DNA of 64,000 nt, taken from NCBI GenBank assembly GCA_963674735.2, contig CAXXQS010000002.1:1920001-1984000 (forward strand). Direction: 5' to 3'. The notes beneath the pieces were generated by a model, which was given only the letters and a program-made list of their open reading frames with translations, was not told the origin of the DNA and did no database searches. A program made the translations under genes and the position numbers. Positions 30,887 through 40,242 of the stretch are shown here, piece by piece (the first letter of the stretch is position 1; each line of letters opens with the position of its first letter). The DNA comes from Myxococcota bacterium. Lineage in GTDB: Bacteria > Myxococcota_A > SURF-8.

Positions 30887-31639
30887 ATGGGTACGAAACG
30901 CTTGATTATGCTATGTGTCGCGCTTGCGCTTGTGGCGTTGCCACTCAGCCTTTTCGCTCAGGAATATGACGACGAAGAGCTCGGCATCGGCGAGAGCGGT
31001 GTTACCGAGGATGAGTTAGCCGAGGCGGAAGCGGCGGAAGAAGTCGACGCGCCGACCAAAGACGCTCGCGGTGTTGAAACGTACTGGGGAACCGAGGATC
31101 TCAACGAAGTTGAGAAGGGGTTCTTCATGAACACCCGCATCGGTTTTTTGATGTACCTTTCCGGTCTATCCGACAATGCCGACGCCGGTATGATGTTCGG
31201 TGGCGGTTTGGGATATGATGTGGTGGATAAGCTGCTCTCCATCGAATTGGATGCATTGGCTTCCTTCCATGCTGCGGATGTGGTGGATGGTGCGACCGGG
31301 TTCCCGGATCCGGAAGCCCAGGTTAGCGGTGACTTCGCGGCTTTGCGTGTGCCGTTGGTTTTGAATTTCAAATATTTCACGACCAAACGGCTGGAACTGT
31401 ACGCCTCGGTTTTGGGTGGTCTGTTCTACAATGACAAGTCGATCGATGGTTACGATGCCGTGACCGGCGAAGAAAAAAGCGGAACCACCATGGATTACTA
31501 TGCCGGTGGGCGTGTGGGGCTGGAGTACTACACAGGTTTGCGGCACTTCTCCATCGGTTTCGATGTCGAAGTGGACTACATCATTCAGGCGGGTTCGTTG
31601 GCTTTGACGGCGTCTCCCATGCTGAAGTACACCTTCTAA
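30887..31639 (+). CDS. gltH: GltH/CglE (NfsH)-like outer-membrane beta-barrel
   Basis: Signal peptide, EKGFF, GLEYYT.LRHFSIG motif, C-terminal KYTF. Confidence 0.75.
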   Translation: MGTKRLIMLCVALALVALPLSLFAQEYDDEELGIGESGVTEDELAEAEAAEEVDAPTKDARGVETYWGTEDLNEVEKGFFMNTRIGFLMYLSGLSDNADAGMMFGGGLGYDVVDKLLSIELDALASFHAADVVDGATGFPDPEAQVSGDFAALRVPLVLNFKYFTTKRLELYASVLGGLFYNDKSIDGYDAVTGEEKSGTTMDYYAGGRVGLEYYTGLRHFSIGFDVEVDYIIQAGSLALTASPMLKYTF

Positions 31640-31662
31640 GCCTGAAGCGAGTTTCGATTTTC

Positions 31663-31690
31663 GCGCGGCGTTTGACGCCGCGTTTTTTTT
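31663..31690 (+). terminator. Rho-independent terminator after the glt locus
   Basis: GCGCGGCGT-TTG-ACGCCGCGT hairpin followed by a T-tract. Confidence 0.8.
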
Positions 31691-31860
31691 GTGGAAATAC
31701 CGAAACGGTGTGGAAACCGTATTCGTTCGTTCGCGATTTGGTCGAAAGGTGAAGTGGCTTTATCGATTTCATGCACTTGAAATTCACCGAATCGGTCTTA
31801 GCTTATCCCGGTATCCTAGTGAAACGCGGCGGAATCGATTCTTTGACGGGAGAGAAAATG

Positions 31861-32061
31861 ATGCCCCTGTATGAATACAAATGCGAGGCCTGCCAACATG
31901 TTTTTGAGGAACTGATCCGGCGTGCCGAGGAAGAGGAGCAACTCGCCTGTCCGAAATGTGGCGACAAGCGGGTGATGCGATTGATGTCGGCTTTTGCCAC
32001 TGGTGGGGGTGCAGGTTCCGCCGGAAATTTATCGTCGCATAGTTGCAATCCCGGCGGTTGA
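31861..32061 (+). CDS. FmdB-family zinc-ribbon protein (possible Sec readthrough to 32076)
   Basis: MPLYEYKCEAC...CPKCG...RLMSAF; GGAG RBS. Confidence 0.85.
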   Translation: MPLYEYKCEACQHVFEELIRRAEEEEQLACPKCGDKRVMRLMSAFATGGGAGSAGNLSSHSCNPGG

Positions 32062-32300
32062 GGCGTCAAGCATTAAGCGGCGGTCGTCGCGAAAAGTTGG
32101 TTTAAGACAGAGAAAGCGCTCGATCCCTCAGGCTTTCGATGGGTTTCGAGTGCTGTCCGTTGTTTCAAGAAGTAGCGTACGTATGGGTGTCTTGCTGGAA
32201 GGGTGTTTGCTTTTAGCGTCGGTATCGTGAAGTCGGGGTGATCGGGTTATCTTCACACCGAAAACAGCGCGATATCGCGGGCGATTCCTTAAAGAAATGG

Positions 32301-32329
32301 TTGACCGAATCTGTGTTTTCTGGTAGAAG
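32301..32329 (+). promoter_or_regulatory. Candidate promoter for yajC-secD-secF
   Basis: TTGACC-N17 then TGn-TAGAAG; imperfect -10. Confidence 0.35.
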
Positions 32330-32398
32330 TAAGCACCCTGCGTCCGGACACGTGTGAATACCGGATAATCGGAGAGTTTTTAAAGGGTTAGGAGGGTT

Positions 32399-32740
32399 TT
32401 GGTGCCTACTGTCCAGCTCCTTAATTTGTTGATTGCGCAAGAAGCGCAGGCCACCGGGCCTGGCATGATGGACCTCGTCTTTCAAATCGGTCTGATCCTG
32501 CTTATTTTCTATTTTCTGCTCATTCGTCCGCAGCAAAAACGGACCAAGCAACATCAGCGTTTGTTGAATGAGCTGAAACGCGACGATGAGGTTTTGACTT
32601 CCGGCGGCATCTACGGGAAAATCACGGGATTGACCGAACAGGTGGTGACCTTGGAAGTGGCCCCCAACGTGCGCATTAAAGTGCAGCGAGCACAAATCAG
32701 CGGTTTGAAAGCGACTGAGCAGTCCACCGAGAAAAAGTAG
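32399..32740 (+). CDS. yajC: Preprotein translocase subunit YajC
   Basis: FYFLLIRPQQKR, DEVLTSGGIYG; upstream of secDF. Confidence 0.93.
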   Translation: MVPTVQLLNLLIAQEAQATGPGMMDLVFQIGLILLIFYFLLIRPQQKRTKQHQRLLNELKRDDEVLTSGGIYGKITGLTEQVVTLEVAPNVRIKVQRAQISGLKATEQSTEKK

Positions 32741-32816
32741 CACCGTCGCACCGAGCGTCGGATTGTGACCGTATGAGCGCGGCGGCTCTCGTCGCGGATT
32801 CAAGGGAGTTTCATAT

Positions 32817-34574
32817 ATGGAACGGAAATGGTGGTGGAAAGTCGCCGTCGTCGCGACTTTTGTCGTGCTGGCCGTTATCTACCTGATTCCCACGTTGCTG
32901 GGTGACGACCTCCCCGAATGGTATGAAGATATCATCAACAAAAGACTGAACCTGGGCCTCGATCTGCGTGGTGGCATCCACCTCGTTTTGGGAGTCGAAG
33001 TCGATAAGGCGGTTGTTGATTATGTCGATCGCCTCACCGAGGAAGTCGACCAGTACTGCGAAGAGGAAGATCTCGGCTGCGACCGGGTTACATCCGCCGA
33101 GGGTGAGCCGGTTTTGTATGTGCACTTCGATCAGGCCGAAGATCTGGAAGAAGCGAAAGAGCCTTTGAAGAGCTATTTGGGTAATATGACGCCCGAAACG
33201 GCTCCGGCGGACATGCCGCTGGTTCTGGCTTATCGCATCGAGGATGAATTCGCGCAGTCTCGCAAACGCTATGCCGTGTTGCAGGCAATCGAGACCCTGA
33301 GAAACCGGATCGATGAGATGGCGGTTCGCGAAGCGCTGGTGGCCAAGCAGGGTGAGAACTCCATTCTGATTCAAATTCCGGGTGTGAAAGATATCGAACG
33401 CGCCCGCAAAATGATCGGTCAAACCGCGCAACTCGAATTCAAAATCGTCGATGACAGCTATACCAAGCTCAATGAATTCAAAGACCAGCTGCCCGAGGGC
33501 TGGGAAATGCAGTACGAAAGCCGCAAGGATAAGAACGGAAACCTGGTGCGCACGCCTTACCTTGAAGCGATCAAGGATGAGGATGGTATCAATGTTGCGG
33601 CGATCCGTGCTTTCCTGGCCGACAAGATCGACGACGAGCACCAGATTCTGTTTGAAGAATTCGAAGACCCGAAGAAACTGGAAACGCGTCTGCGTAGCCA
33701 CAGTCTCTTCCGCAAGACCATGCTGACCGGCGATACGATCACCGACGCTCGGGTGAGTATCGATCAGCGTCAGAATCGTCCCTATGTTTCGCTCAATTTC
33801 GATCGGGCCGGTGCGAAGCAGTTCGGTAAAGTAACCGGCGATCACGTCCAACAGCGCATGGCTATCGTGCTCGACAACAAGGTCAAGTCGGCCCCGGTCA
33901 TTCAGACGGCGATTACCGGCGGACGCGCGATGATTACGCTCAATGCCCTGGAAAGTTACAACAAGCTGTTCCAGGAAGCCCAGGATTTGGCGGTTGTGCT
34001 GCGCGCCGGTGCCTTGCCTGCCCCGGTCAAGTTTGAAGAAACACGCACCGTCGGCCCGACGTTGGGACACGATTCGATCGAAAGCGGCAAGACCTCCATC
34101 TTGGTGGGCTTTGTCTTCGTCGTGATCTTCATGGTTATTTATTACCGGGCCGCCGGTTTGATCGCCGACCTGGCCTTGTTCCTCAATCTGCTGTTCATCA
34201 TGGCGGTTATGGCCGGTCTGGAAGCCACACTGACCTTGCCGGGCCTGGCGGGAATTGTGCTCACGATCGGTATGGCGGTGGATGCGAACGTCATTATATA
34301 TGAGCGCATTCGGGAGGAGCTACGTATCGGAAAGACACCCAAGGCGGCGGTCGAGAGCGGTTACGGCAAAGCTTTCTGGACGATTTTCGATGCGAATATC
34401 ACCACGGCTCTCGCCAGCTTCGTTTTGTGGAGTTACGGAACGGGGCCGGTAAAAGGTTTCGCCGTTACCCTGTTGGTTGGTATTGCCTGTTCGATGTTCA
34501 CTGCGATTGTTGTGACGCGACTGGTTTTCGATGTGATGACGCAAAAACGCGAATCGCAGACCCTTAGCATTTAG
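32817..34574 (+). CDS. secD: Protein translocase subunit SecD
   Basis: LGLDLRGG, LRAGALP, VGPTLG, LTLPGLAG, GMAVDANVIIYERIREE, DANITT. Confidence 0.96.
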   Translation: MERKWWWKVAVVATFVVLAVIYLIPTLLGDDLPEWYEDIINKRLNLGLDLRGGIHLVLGVEVDKAVVDYVDRLTEEVDQYCEEEDLGCDRVTSAEGEPVLYVHFDQAEDLEEAKEPLKSYLGNMTPETAPADMPLVLAYRIEDEFAQSRKRYAVLQAIETLRNRIDEMAVREALVAKQGENSILIQIPGVKDIERARKMIGQTAQLEFKIVDDSYTKLNEFKDQLPEGWEMQYESRKDKNGNLVRTPYLEAIKDEDGINVAAIRAFLADKIDDEHQILFEEFEDPKKLETRLRSHSLFRKTMLTGDTITDARVSIDQRQNRPYVSLNFDRAGAKQFGKVTGDHVQQRMAIVLDNKVKSAPVIQTAITGGRAMITLNALESYNKLFQEAQDLAVVLRAGALPAPVKFEETRTVGPTLGHDSIESGKTSILVGFVFVVIFMVIYYRAAGLIADLALFLNLLFIMAVMAGLEATLTLPGLAGIVLTIGMAVDANVIIYERIREELRIGKTPKAAVESGYGKAFWTIFDANITTALASFVLWSYGTGPVKGFAVTLLVGIACSMFTAIVVTRLVFDVMTQKRESQTLSI

Positions 34575-34593
34575 TGCGGAGGAGTATATAACG

Positions 34594-35733
34594 ATGGAAT
34601 TCATCCGCCCCGACATAAATCTGCCTTTTATCCCAAACGCCAAGAAATTTCTTGTCGGTTCCGGCTTGGTTGTTCTTATTAGCTGGGCTTTGCTTTTGGC
34701 CCTCGGGCTCAACTACGGTATCGACTTCTCGGGTGGGACCGAGGTGCAGGTGTTGTTCAAGCAGGAAACGACGACCGGCGATATCCGCGATGCCATGACC
34801 GGCTTGAAGGGTATTTCGTCTGAGGTGCAGCGCTTCGGGCTCACCGAAGAAAACGAGTATCTGATCAAGTTGTCGGAGATTTCGTATATCGATGCAAATC
34901 GTGAGAAGGCTATTCAAGATGGTCTGTCTTCTGCCTACAGCGAGAAAGGATTTCGACGTTTCCACCATTCCACGGCCGGTGGCGACAAGATCGAATTCAC
35001 TTTGAACGAGAAAGTGGATGAAGCGAAGGTAAAAACGATTTTTGCCAATGCCGATTCGCCCTTGAATGAGTTGACCGTGACCGGATCCGAAGGTCGTTTC
35101 GTGTACCGTTGCGTCTTGGAAGGATTGGCCCCGCATATCTCTCAGGAGCTGGAAAAGCACTTTGGTAAAGACTCGTTTGAGATTCTGCGTCTCGACTCCG
35201 TTGGCCCGAAGGTGGGCGACCAGTTGAAGAAAAAAGGCATCCTGGCCATCGTGTATGCCCTGTTGGGAATCTTGATCTACATCGCCTTCCGCTTCGATGT
35301 GCGTTTTGCGCCGGGCGCGGTGGTTGCGTTGATCCACGATGTTTCCATCACCGCCGGTATCTTTGCAGTCTTGCGCATCGAATTCACCATTCCGACGATC
35401 GCGGCGCTTTTGACGATTGTCGGTTATTCGCTCAATGATACGATCGTGGTCTACGACCGCATACGCGAAAATATGTCGAAGGTGAAGGTGAAATCGATCG
35501 AGGATGTTGTCAATGAAAGCCTCAACCAGACGCTCAGCCGCACGATCCTGACATCGCTTACGACGCTTCTCGTGGTAACGTCCCTGATTGTCTTTGGCGG
35601 CGGAATCATTTTCGATTTTGCCCTGGCGCTTCTTATCGGTGTTGCGGTCGGAACCTACTCCTCGGTTTTCATCGCCTCGCCGATCATGATCTACATTTAC
35701 CGCTACCTCGAAAAACGCGCGGCTCACGCCTAG
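34594..35733 (+). CDS. secF: Protein translocase subunit SecF
   Basis: GIDFSGG, VGPKVG, HD, GYSLNDTIVVYDRIREN, GTYSS. Confidence 0.96.
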   Translation: MEFIRPDINLPFIPNAKKFLVGSGLVVLISWALLLALGLNYGIDFSGGTEVQVLFKQETTTGDIRDAMTGLKGISSEVQRFGLTEENEYLIKLSEISYIDANREKAIQDGLSSAYSEKGFRRFHHSTAGGDKIEFTLNEKVDEAKVKTIFANADSPLNELTVTGSEGRFVYRCVLEGLAPHISQELEKHFGKDSFEILRLDSVGPKVGDQLKKKGILAIVYALLGILIYIAFRFDVRFAPGAVVALIHDVSITAGIFAVLRIEFTIPTIAALLTIVGYSLNDTIVVYDRIRENMSKVKVKSIEDVVNESLNQTLSRTILTSLTTLLVVTSLIVFGGGIIFDFALALLIGVAVGTYSSVFIASPIMIYIYRYLEKRAAHA

Positions 35734-35755
35734 CCACCATGTGATGATCCAAATT

Positions 35756-35789
35756 AAAGCGCCTCCCCGGAAAAGGGAGGCGCTTTTTT
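35756..35789. terminator. Intrinsic terminator between convergent secF and ftsZ, probably bidirectional
   Basis: AAAGCGCCTCCC-CGGAAAA-GGGAGGCGCTTTTTT, perfect 12-bp stem. Confidence 0.85.
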
Positions 35790-35816
35790 ATTGCGCAAGA
35801 TGCGAAGAACTTAGTT

Positions 35817-37124
35817 TCAACCTCGACTGCGGCGCAGGCTTTCGCGGCGGCGATAGGTGGGAATCGAGATCTGATCTTCAAAGAAATCCAGATCCAGAGC
35901 GCCGGGCAGTGTGGGCGCCGTCGCTTCCGCTTTCTGAACGCGGCTCAGTTCGGCCGGAATGGGCGGGGGCTGTTCGGCGTTTTGTTGACGGACGTCGGTT
36001 CGTTCGCGGCCTTTATGCCGTACCCAGGCCGGAATGTCGAGATTCTCCTGGAAGCTACGACGACGGCGAGCCCGTTCTACGCGTTCATTATCGGCCGGGG
36101 CTTGAAATCCGGTGGCTACCACGGTGACTTTCACCGAATCGCCCAGACTTTCGTCGATGACATAACCGAAGATGAAGTCGGCTTCCGGATCGGCGCTTTC
36201 CTGGATGAATCCGACCGCTTCGTCGACTTCCTGCAACGACAGGTTGCTGGAACCGGACACATTGACCAGCACTCCCTTCGCGCCCTTGATGTCCAGGTTG
36301 TCCAGAAGCGGCGAACTGATGGCTTGACGGGCGGCTTCGAGCGAACGTTCCGGTCCGCTGGCGCTGGCCGAACCCATGATGGCCATCCCCATATTCGCCA
36401 TGATCGCGCGCACGTCGGCGAAATCGACGTTGACGTAACCAGCCGTCGTAATCAAATCGCTGATTCCGCGTACGGCATTGACCAGCACGTCATCGGCACG
36501 TTTGAAGGCATCGACGATCCCGAGGTTGCTTTCTTCGAGTTCGAGCAATTTCTGATTCGGAATCACGATCAGCGTGTTGACGGATTCTTTCAGCGCTTCG
36601 ATACCCTGGTTGGCCATCTTTTCACGATTGCGTCCTTCGAAACGGAACGGCCGCGTGACGACACCGACTGTCAGGATGCCCATCTCAGTCGCTTTTCGGG
36701 CGATAATCGGAGCCGCCCCGGTGCCGGTTCCACCGCCCATGCCCGCCGTGATGAACAGCATGTCCACGTCGCGGATGTTTTCTTCGATAACGGCGACGGA
36801 TTCTTCGGCCGCTTTCATCCCTACGTTGGGGTTGCCGCCCGCGCCGAGCCCGCGTGTCAACTGTTCGCCGATCTGAACCTGAATGGGGACTTTCGACCGT
36901 TCCAGGGCCTGGATGTCGGTGTTGGCAATCATCAGGTTGACGTTTTCAACGTTTCGCTCAACCATCGTTCCGACGGCGTTGCCACCCGCGCCTCCGACAC
37001 CGACTACCGCCAATCGCGCAGCCTTATAGGTGTCGGCGTCGAAGTCGAACTTTAAAGGTTCTTGTCCGCTCATGTTTTGTTCCTCCTCGTTCCCGTTCCC
37101 GTTAAAATCGAAAAATTCTTTCAT
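35817..37124 (-). CDS. ftsZ: Cell division protein FtsZ
   Basis: GVGGAGGNA, GLGAGG, GMGGGTGTG, NVDFAD. Confidence 0.97.
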   Translation of the reverse strand: MKEFFDFNGNGNEEEQNMSGQEPLKFDFDADTYKAARLAVVGVGGAGGNAVGTMVERNVENVNLMIANTDIQALERSKVPIQVQIGEQLTRGLGAGGNPNVGMKAAEESVAVIEENIRDVDMLFITAGMGGGTGTGAAPIIARKATEMGILTVGVVTRPFRFEGRNREKMANQGIEALKESVNTLIVIPNQKLLELEESNLGIVDAFKRADDVLVNAVRGISDLITTAGYVNVDFADVRAIMANMGMAIMGSASASGPERSLEAARQAISSPLLDNLDIKGAKGVLVNVSGSSNLSLQEVDEAVGFIQESADPEADFIFGYVIDESLGDSVKVTVVATGFQAPADNERVERARRRRSFQENLDIPAWVRHKGRERTDVRQQNAEQPPPIPAELSRVQKAEATAPTLPGALDLDFFEDQISIPTYRRRESLRRSRG

Positions 37125-37167
37125 TTCCCTTTTTCCGTTTATTTCCCGTATGAGTTTACGTATTCAA

Positions 37168-38390
37168 TCAAACAAAATCTTGAAACCAGGTTCGCACCCG
37201 ATCCATCATGCGTCGCATAAGGGGTTGACCGTTATGCAGATAAGCCGGAGCGTGTTTCGAGCCGTATAACAGCAGGCCAACCGCAGTGGCGTAGTTCGGA
37301 TTTTTGATCAAATCAACGAGACCCGCGAAACCCTGGGGCGCGGCACAGCGTACCGGGGCATCCATCAGCTCCTCGGCTAATTGTTCGATGCCATCGAGGT
37401 TGGTGACGCCTCCCGTGAGCACCACCCCCGCACCGAGGAGTTCTTCCAAACCGGTTTTGCGGATTTCCTTGTTGATCAAGGTCATGATTTCTTCGACACG
37501 CGCCTCCACGATGTCACACAACACCTGGCGCGACATCTGCTTGGTGTTGCCGGAACCGACCCGCGGGACATCGATGGAGTCGGCTTTATCGACGAGACAA
37601 CTCATGGCACAACCGTGTTCGCACTTGATCTTCTCGGCCGCGGCCATGGGCGTTCCCAAACCCACCGCGATGTCATGAGTGATGAATTCGCCACCCAGTG
37701 GCAAAACCGAGGTGTGGACCACGGAGCCCTTCAAATAAATGATGAGGTCGGCGGTGCCGCCTCCGATGTCAACCAGAGCCACTCCCAATTCTCGCTCGTC
37801 ATCGGTGAGGACCGCCTTGGCGGAGGACAGCGGCTCAAGTACGATGTCGGCGACGTTAAGGCGGCTTTATTGCAACTACGTACAATGTTTTGCGCGGAGG
37901 AAATGGCGCCGGTGACGATGTGGACTTTAGCTTCCAGGCGAATGCCGCTCATCCCGACCGGGATGTTGATCCCTTTTTGGCTGTCCACGATATATTCCTG
38001 GACAATGGTGTGCAACACCTTGCGGTCCATGGGAATCGCTACCGCTTTTGCCTGGTCCACTACCCGGTCAACATCCACGCGGGTGATTTCCTTACCTTTC
38101 ACCGCTACGATGCCATGGCTGTTGAAACCGCGAATGTGCTGACCGGCAATGCCGGTATAGACGCTGCTGATTTGGACGCCAGCCATCAGTTCGGCTTCTT
38201 GCACAGCACGTCGGATCGACTCGACGGTCGATTCGATGTCAGTGATGACACCATTCTGAAGGCCCTTCGAAGGATGGGTTCCCAGGCCGATCACTTCGAT
38301 AGTACCGTCTTCTTTCACTTCGCCGACAAGCGTTGCGATCTTGGTGGTCCCGATGTCGAGACCGACGATGATTTCCCCTTTGCGTGCCAT
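37168..38390 (-). CDS. ftsA: Cell division protein FtsA, split by a 1-bp frameshift at about 37862
   Basis: N-half GLDIGTTK (37731..38390) and C-half VDIGGGT/VLTGG (37168..37788); one added base restores KAGLNVADIVLEPLSS. Confidence 0.9.
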
Positions 38391-38404
38391 GCATTCCTCC
38401 GCCG

Positions 38405-39280
38405 TTAGTATGGCTTGTTCTGTTCCGCGTTCCCGATTTCTTCTTCAATAGAGTCCGGCTTATCCAATCGAACGGAAATCCGTTCGGGTTGTTTACGGTT
38501 GTCGAGATGAATGACCTCGGCATTTTTCCCTTTGGCGCGAAGATATTTCAATAGTTTATTCGCGCGGTCGAGGGCTTCCTTCGTTCCGTTTTTTCCCATC
38601 ACCAGCGTGGTGGAAGGTTCGCCGACCGTTAGTTCCAAACCATTATGGTGAAAACGGGCGCTTTTTAGCGGGGCCAACATTGCCAGTGGATGGTTCCGAT
38701 AGACGGCCATCAATTCCAGAGAGCTTCGAACTTTGCTGCGTCCCAAATCCAACGGCTTGAAATCGTCTGCCGTCAGACCGTGAATAATGACGTAGTCGTT
38801 CGTGGCTTCGGGCGGTGCCACTTTAAACGGTGTGCCGTCTTGGTCGACGTAATACAGGCGGTCGAGCTGGACCAGTCCGACGGCTTGATATTCCTGCACT
38901 TCGATCAGAAGAGCATCGGGTAGGCGACGCGAAACGAGCGCCGATTTGATCCACGGATGCGACTCCACCTCAGCCGCGACTTTTTTAACATCGATATCAA
39001 AGATCGAAATACCCAGCTTGACCCGGCTGTAGTCGATGATTTCAGTCGTGCTGACCGTTTCAGCCTGGATGACATCGATCGTGCGTAGATCGAACCAGCG
39101 GCGTTCGTCCACCCAGACAGCCACTTCCTGCCAGATCATGAAAATGCCCACGAAAACGAGATAGATTCCAAATAACCGGACGATGCGCGCAAGGGGATGA
39201 TTGCGCCAGTCGTGGCTCTGAAAGCCTTCGTTGCGGCGTGTGTTGACACGCCTTTGATTTCCGGAGCGGCGAATGGCCAT
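38405..39280 (-). CDS. ftsQ: Cell division protein FtsQ (POTRA)
   Basis: Single TM, HPWIKSALVSRRLPD; position between ddl and ftsA. Confidence 0.88.
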   Translation of the reverse strand: MAIRRSGNQRRVNTRRNEGFQSHDWRNHPLARIVRLFGIYLVFVGIFMIWQEVAVWVDERRWFDLRTIDVIQAETVSTTEIIDYSRVKLGISIFDIDVKKVAAEVESHPWIKSALVSRRLPDALLIEVQEYQAVGLVQLDRLYYVDQDGTPFKVAPPEATNDYVIIHGLTADDFKPLDLGRSKVRSSLELMAVYRNHPLAMLAPLKSARFHHNGLELTVGEPSTTLVMGKNGTKEALDRANKLLKYLRAKGKNAEVIHLDNRKQPERISVRLDKPDSIEEEIGNAEQNKPY

Positions 39281-40242
39281 CAGTCGTCGTTCCTTTCAAT
39301 GGGCGGATGCAAATCCAATGACGCGGCCAGCAAAATGCGTTCCATCATGTCATCAAACGGGATGCCTTTCGCGGCCGCTGTCTTCGGAACCAGCGAATGC
39401 GAGGTCATCCCGGGTAGTGTGTTGAGTTCCAGAATCACCAAGCTCCCGTCGTCGCGTACGATCAGATCAACGCGTACCGCTCCTTGTCCGCGTACAACGG
39501 CGTTGGCACGTTCAGCCACTTGCAGGCACTCTGCATATTGGGAGGCGGGTAACGGAGCCGGATAAATATATTCAGTCGTATCCTCTAAATATTTAGCTGC
39601 GTAATCATAAAATTCGCCGGCTGGTTTGACCCAGATCGCTCCCAGGGCCTGCCCGTTGAGCAACGAAACCTGAATTTCACGGCCGGCGATGTAGGCCTCC
39701 ACCATCAAACGATCTTCGAGAGCCAAAGCTTTTTCGATCGCCGGGAGCAATTCTTCGGGTTGCTTGACGATGGAAATGCCGACAGAGGAACCGTCGGCGT
39801 TGGGTTTCACGACACACGGTAAGCCGAAGGGCAAATCACTTGCTTTCAAGGAGCGCGCTTCCTCGGCGTTGGCGAGGAAAATTGCCGGAGCCACCGGTAT
39901 CCCGGCGTCTTTGAAAATGATCTTGGCTTGGTATTTTTCCATGGCCAGTGCAGAACCGAAAACTTTAGCGCCGGTGTAGGGAATGCCCATAACTTCACAG
40001 AGGCCTTGGAGGCAGCCGTCCTCGCCCCATTTTCCATGTAAGGCGATGAAGGCGACGTCGATTTTCTCGGCGATCAGACGTGCGGGCAAGTCTCGGTCCT
40101 GGTCGATCAAAACGGCGTCGTAGCCGCGTTGAACGAGACCCCGGTGCACCGCTTGGCCGGTTTCGAGCGAGACGTCCCGCTCACTGGAGAGCCCTCCGTA
40201 AATAACCCCGATGCGTTTCTTTAAAAGGTCTTCTCGTTTCAT
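39280..40242 (-). CDS. ddl: D-alanine--D-alanine ligase
   Basis: GGLSSERDVSL, LHGKWGEDG, GSSVG, YDYAAKY, ELNTLPG. Confidence 0.96.
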   Translation of the reverse strand: MKREDLLKKRIGVIYGGLSSERDVSLETGQAVHRGLVQRGYDAVLIDQDRDLPARLIAEKIDVAFIALHGKWGEDGCLQGLCEVMGIPYTGAKVFGSALAMEKYQAKIIFKDAGIPVAPAIFLANAEEARSLKASDLPFGLPCVVKPNADGSSVGISIVKQPEELLPAIEKALALEDRLMVEAYIAGREIQVSLLNGQALGAIWVKPAGEFYDYAAKYLEDTTEYIYPAPLPASQYAECLQVAERANAVVRGQGAVRVDLIVRDDGSLVILELNTLPGMTSHSLVPKTAAAKGIPFDDMMERILLAASLDLHPPIERNDD

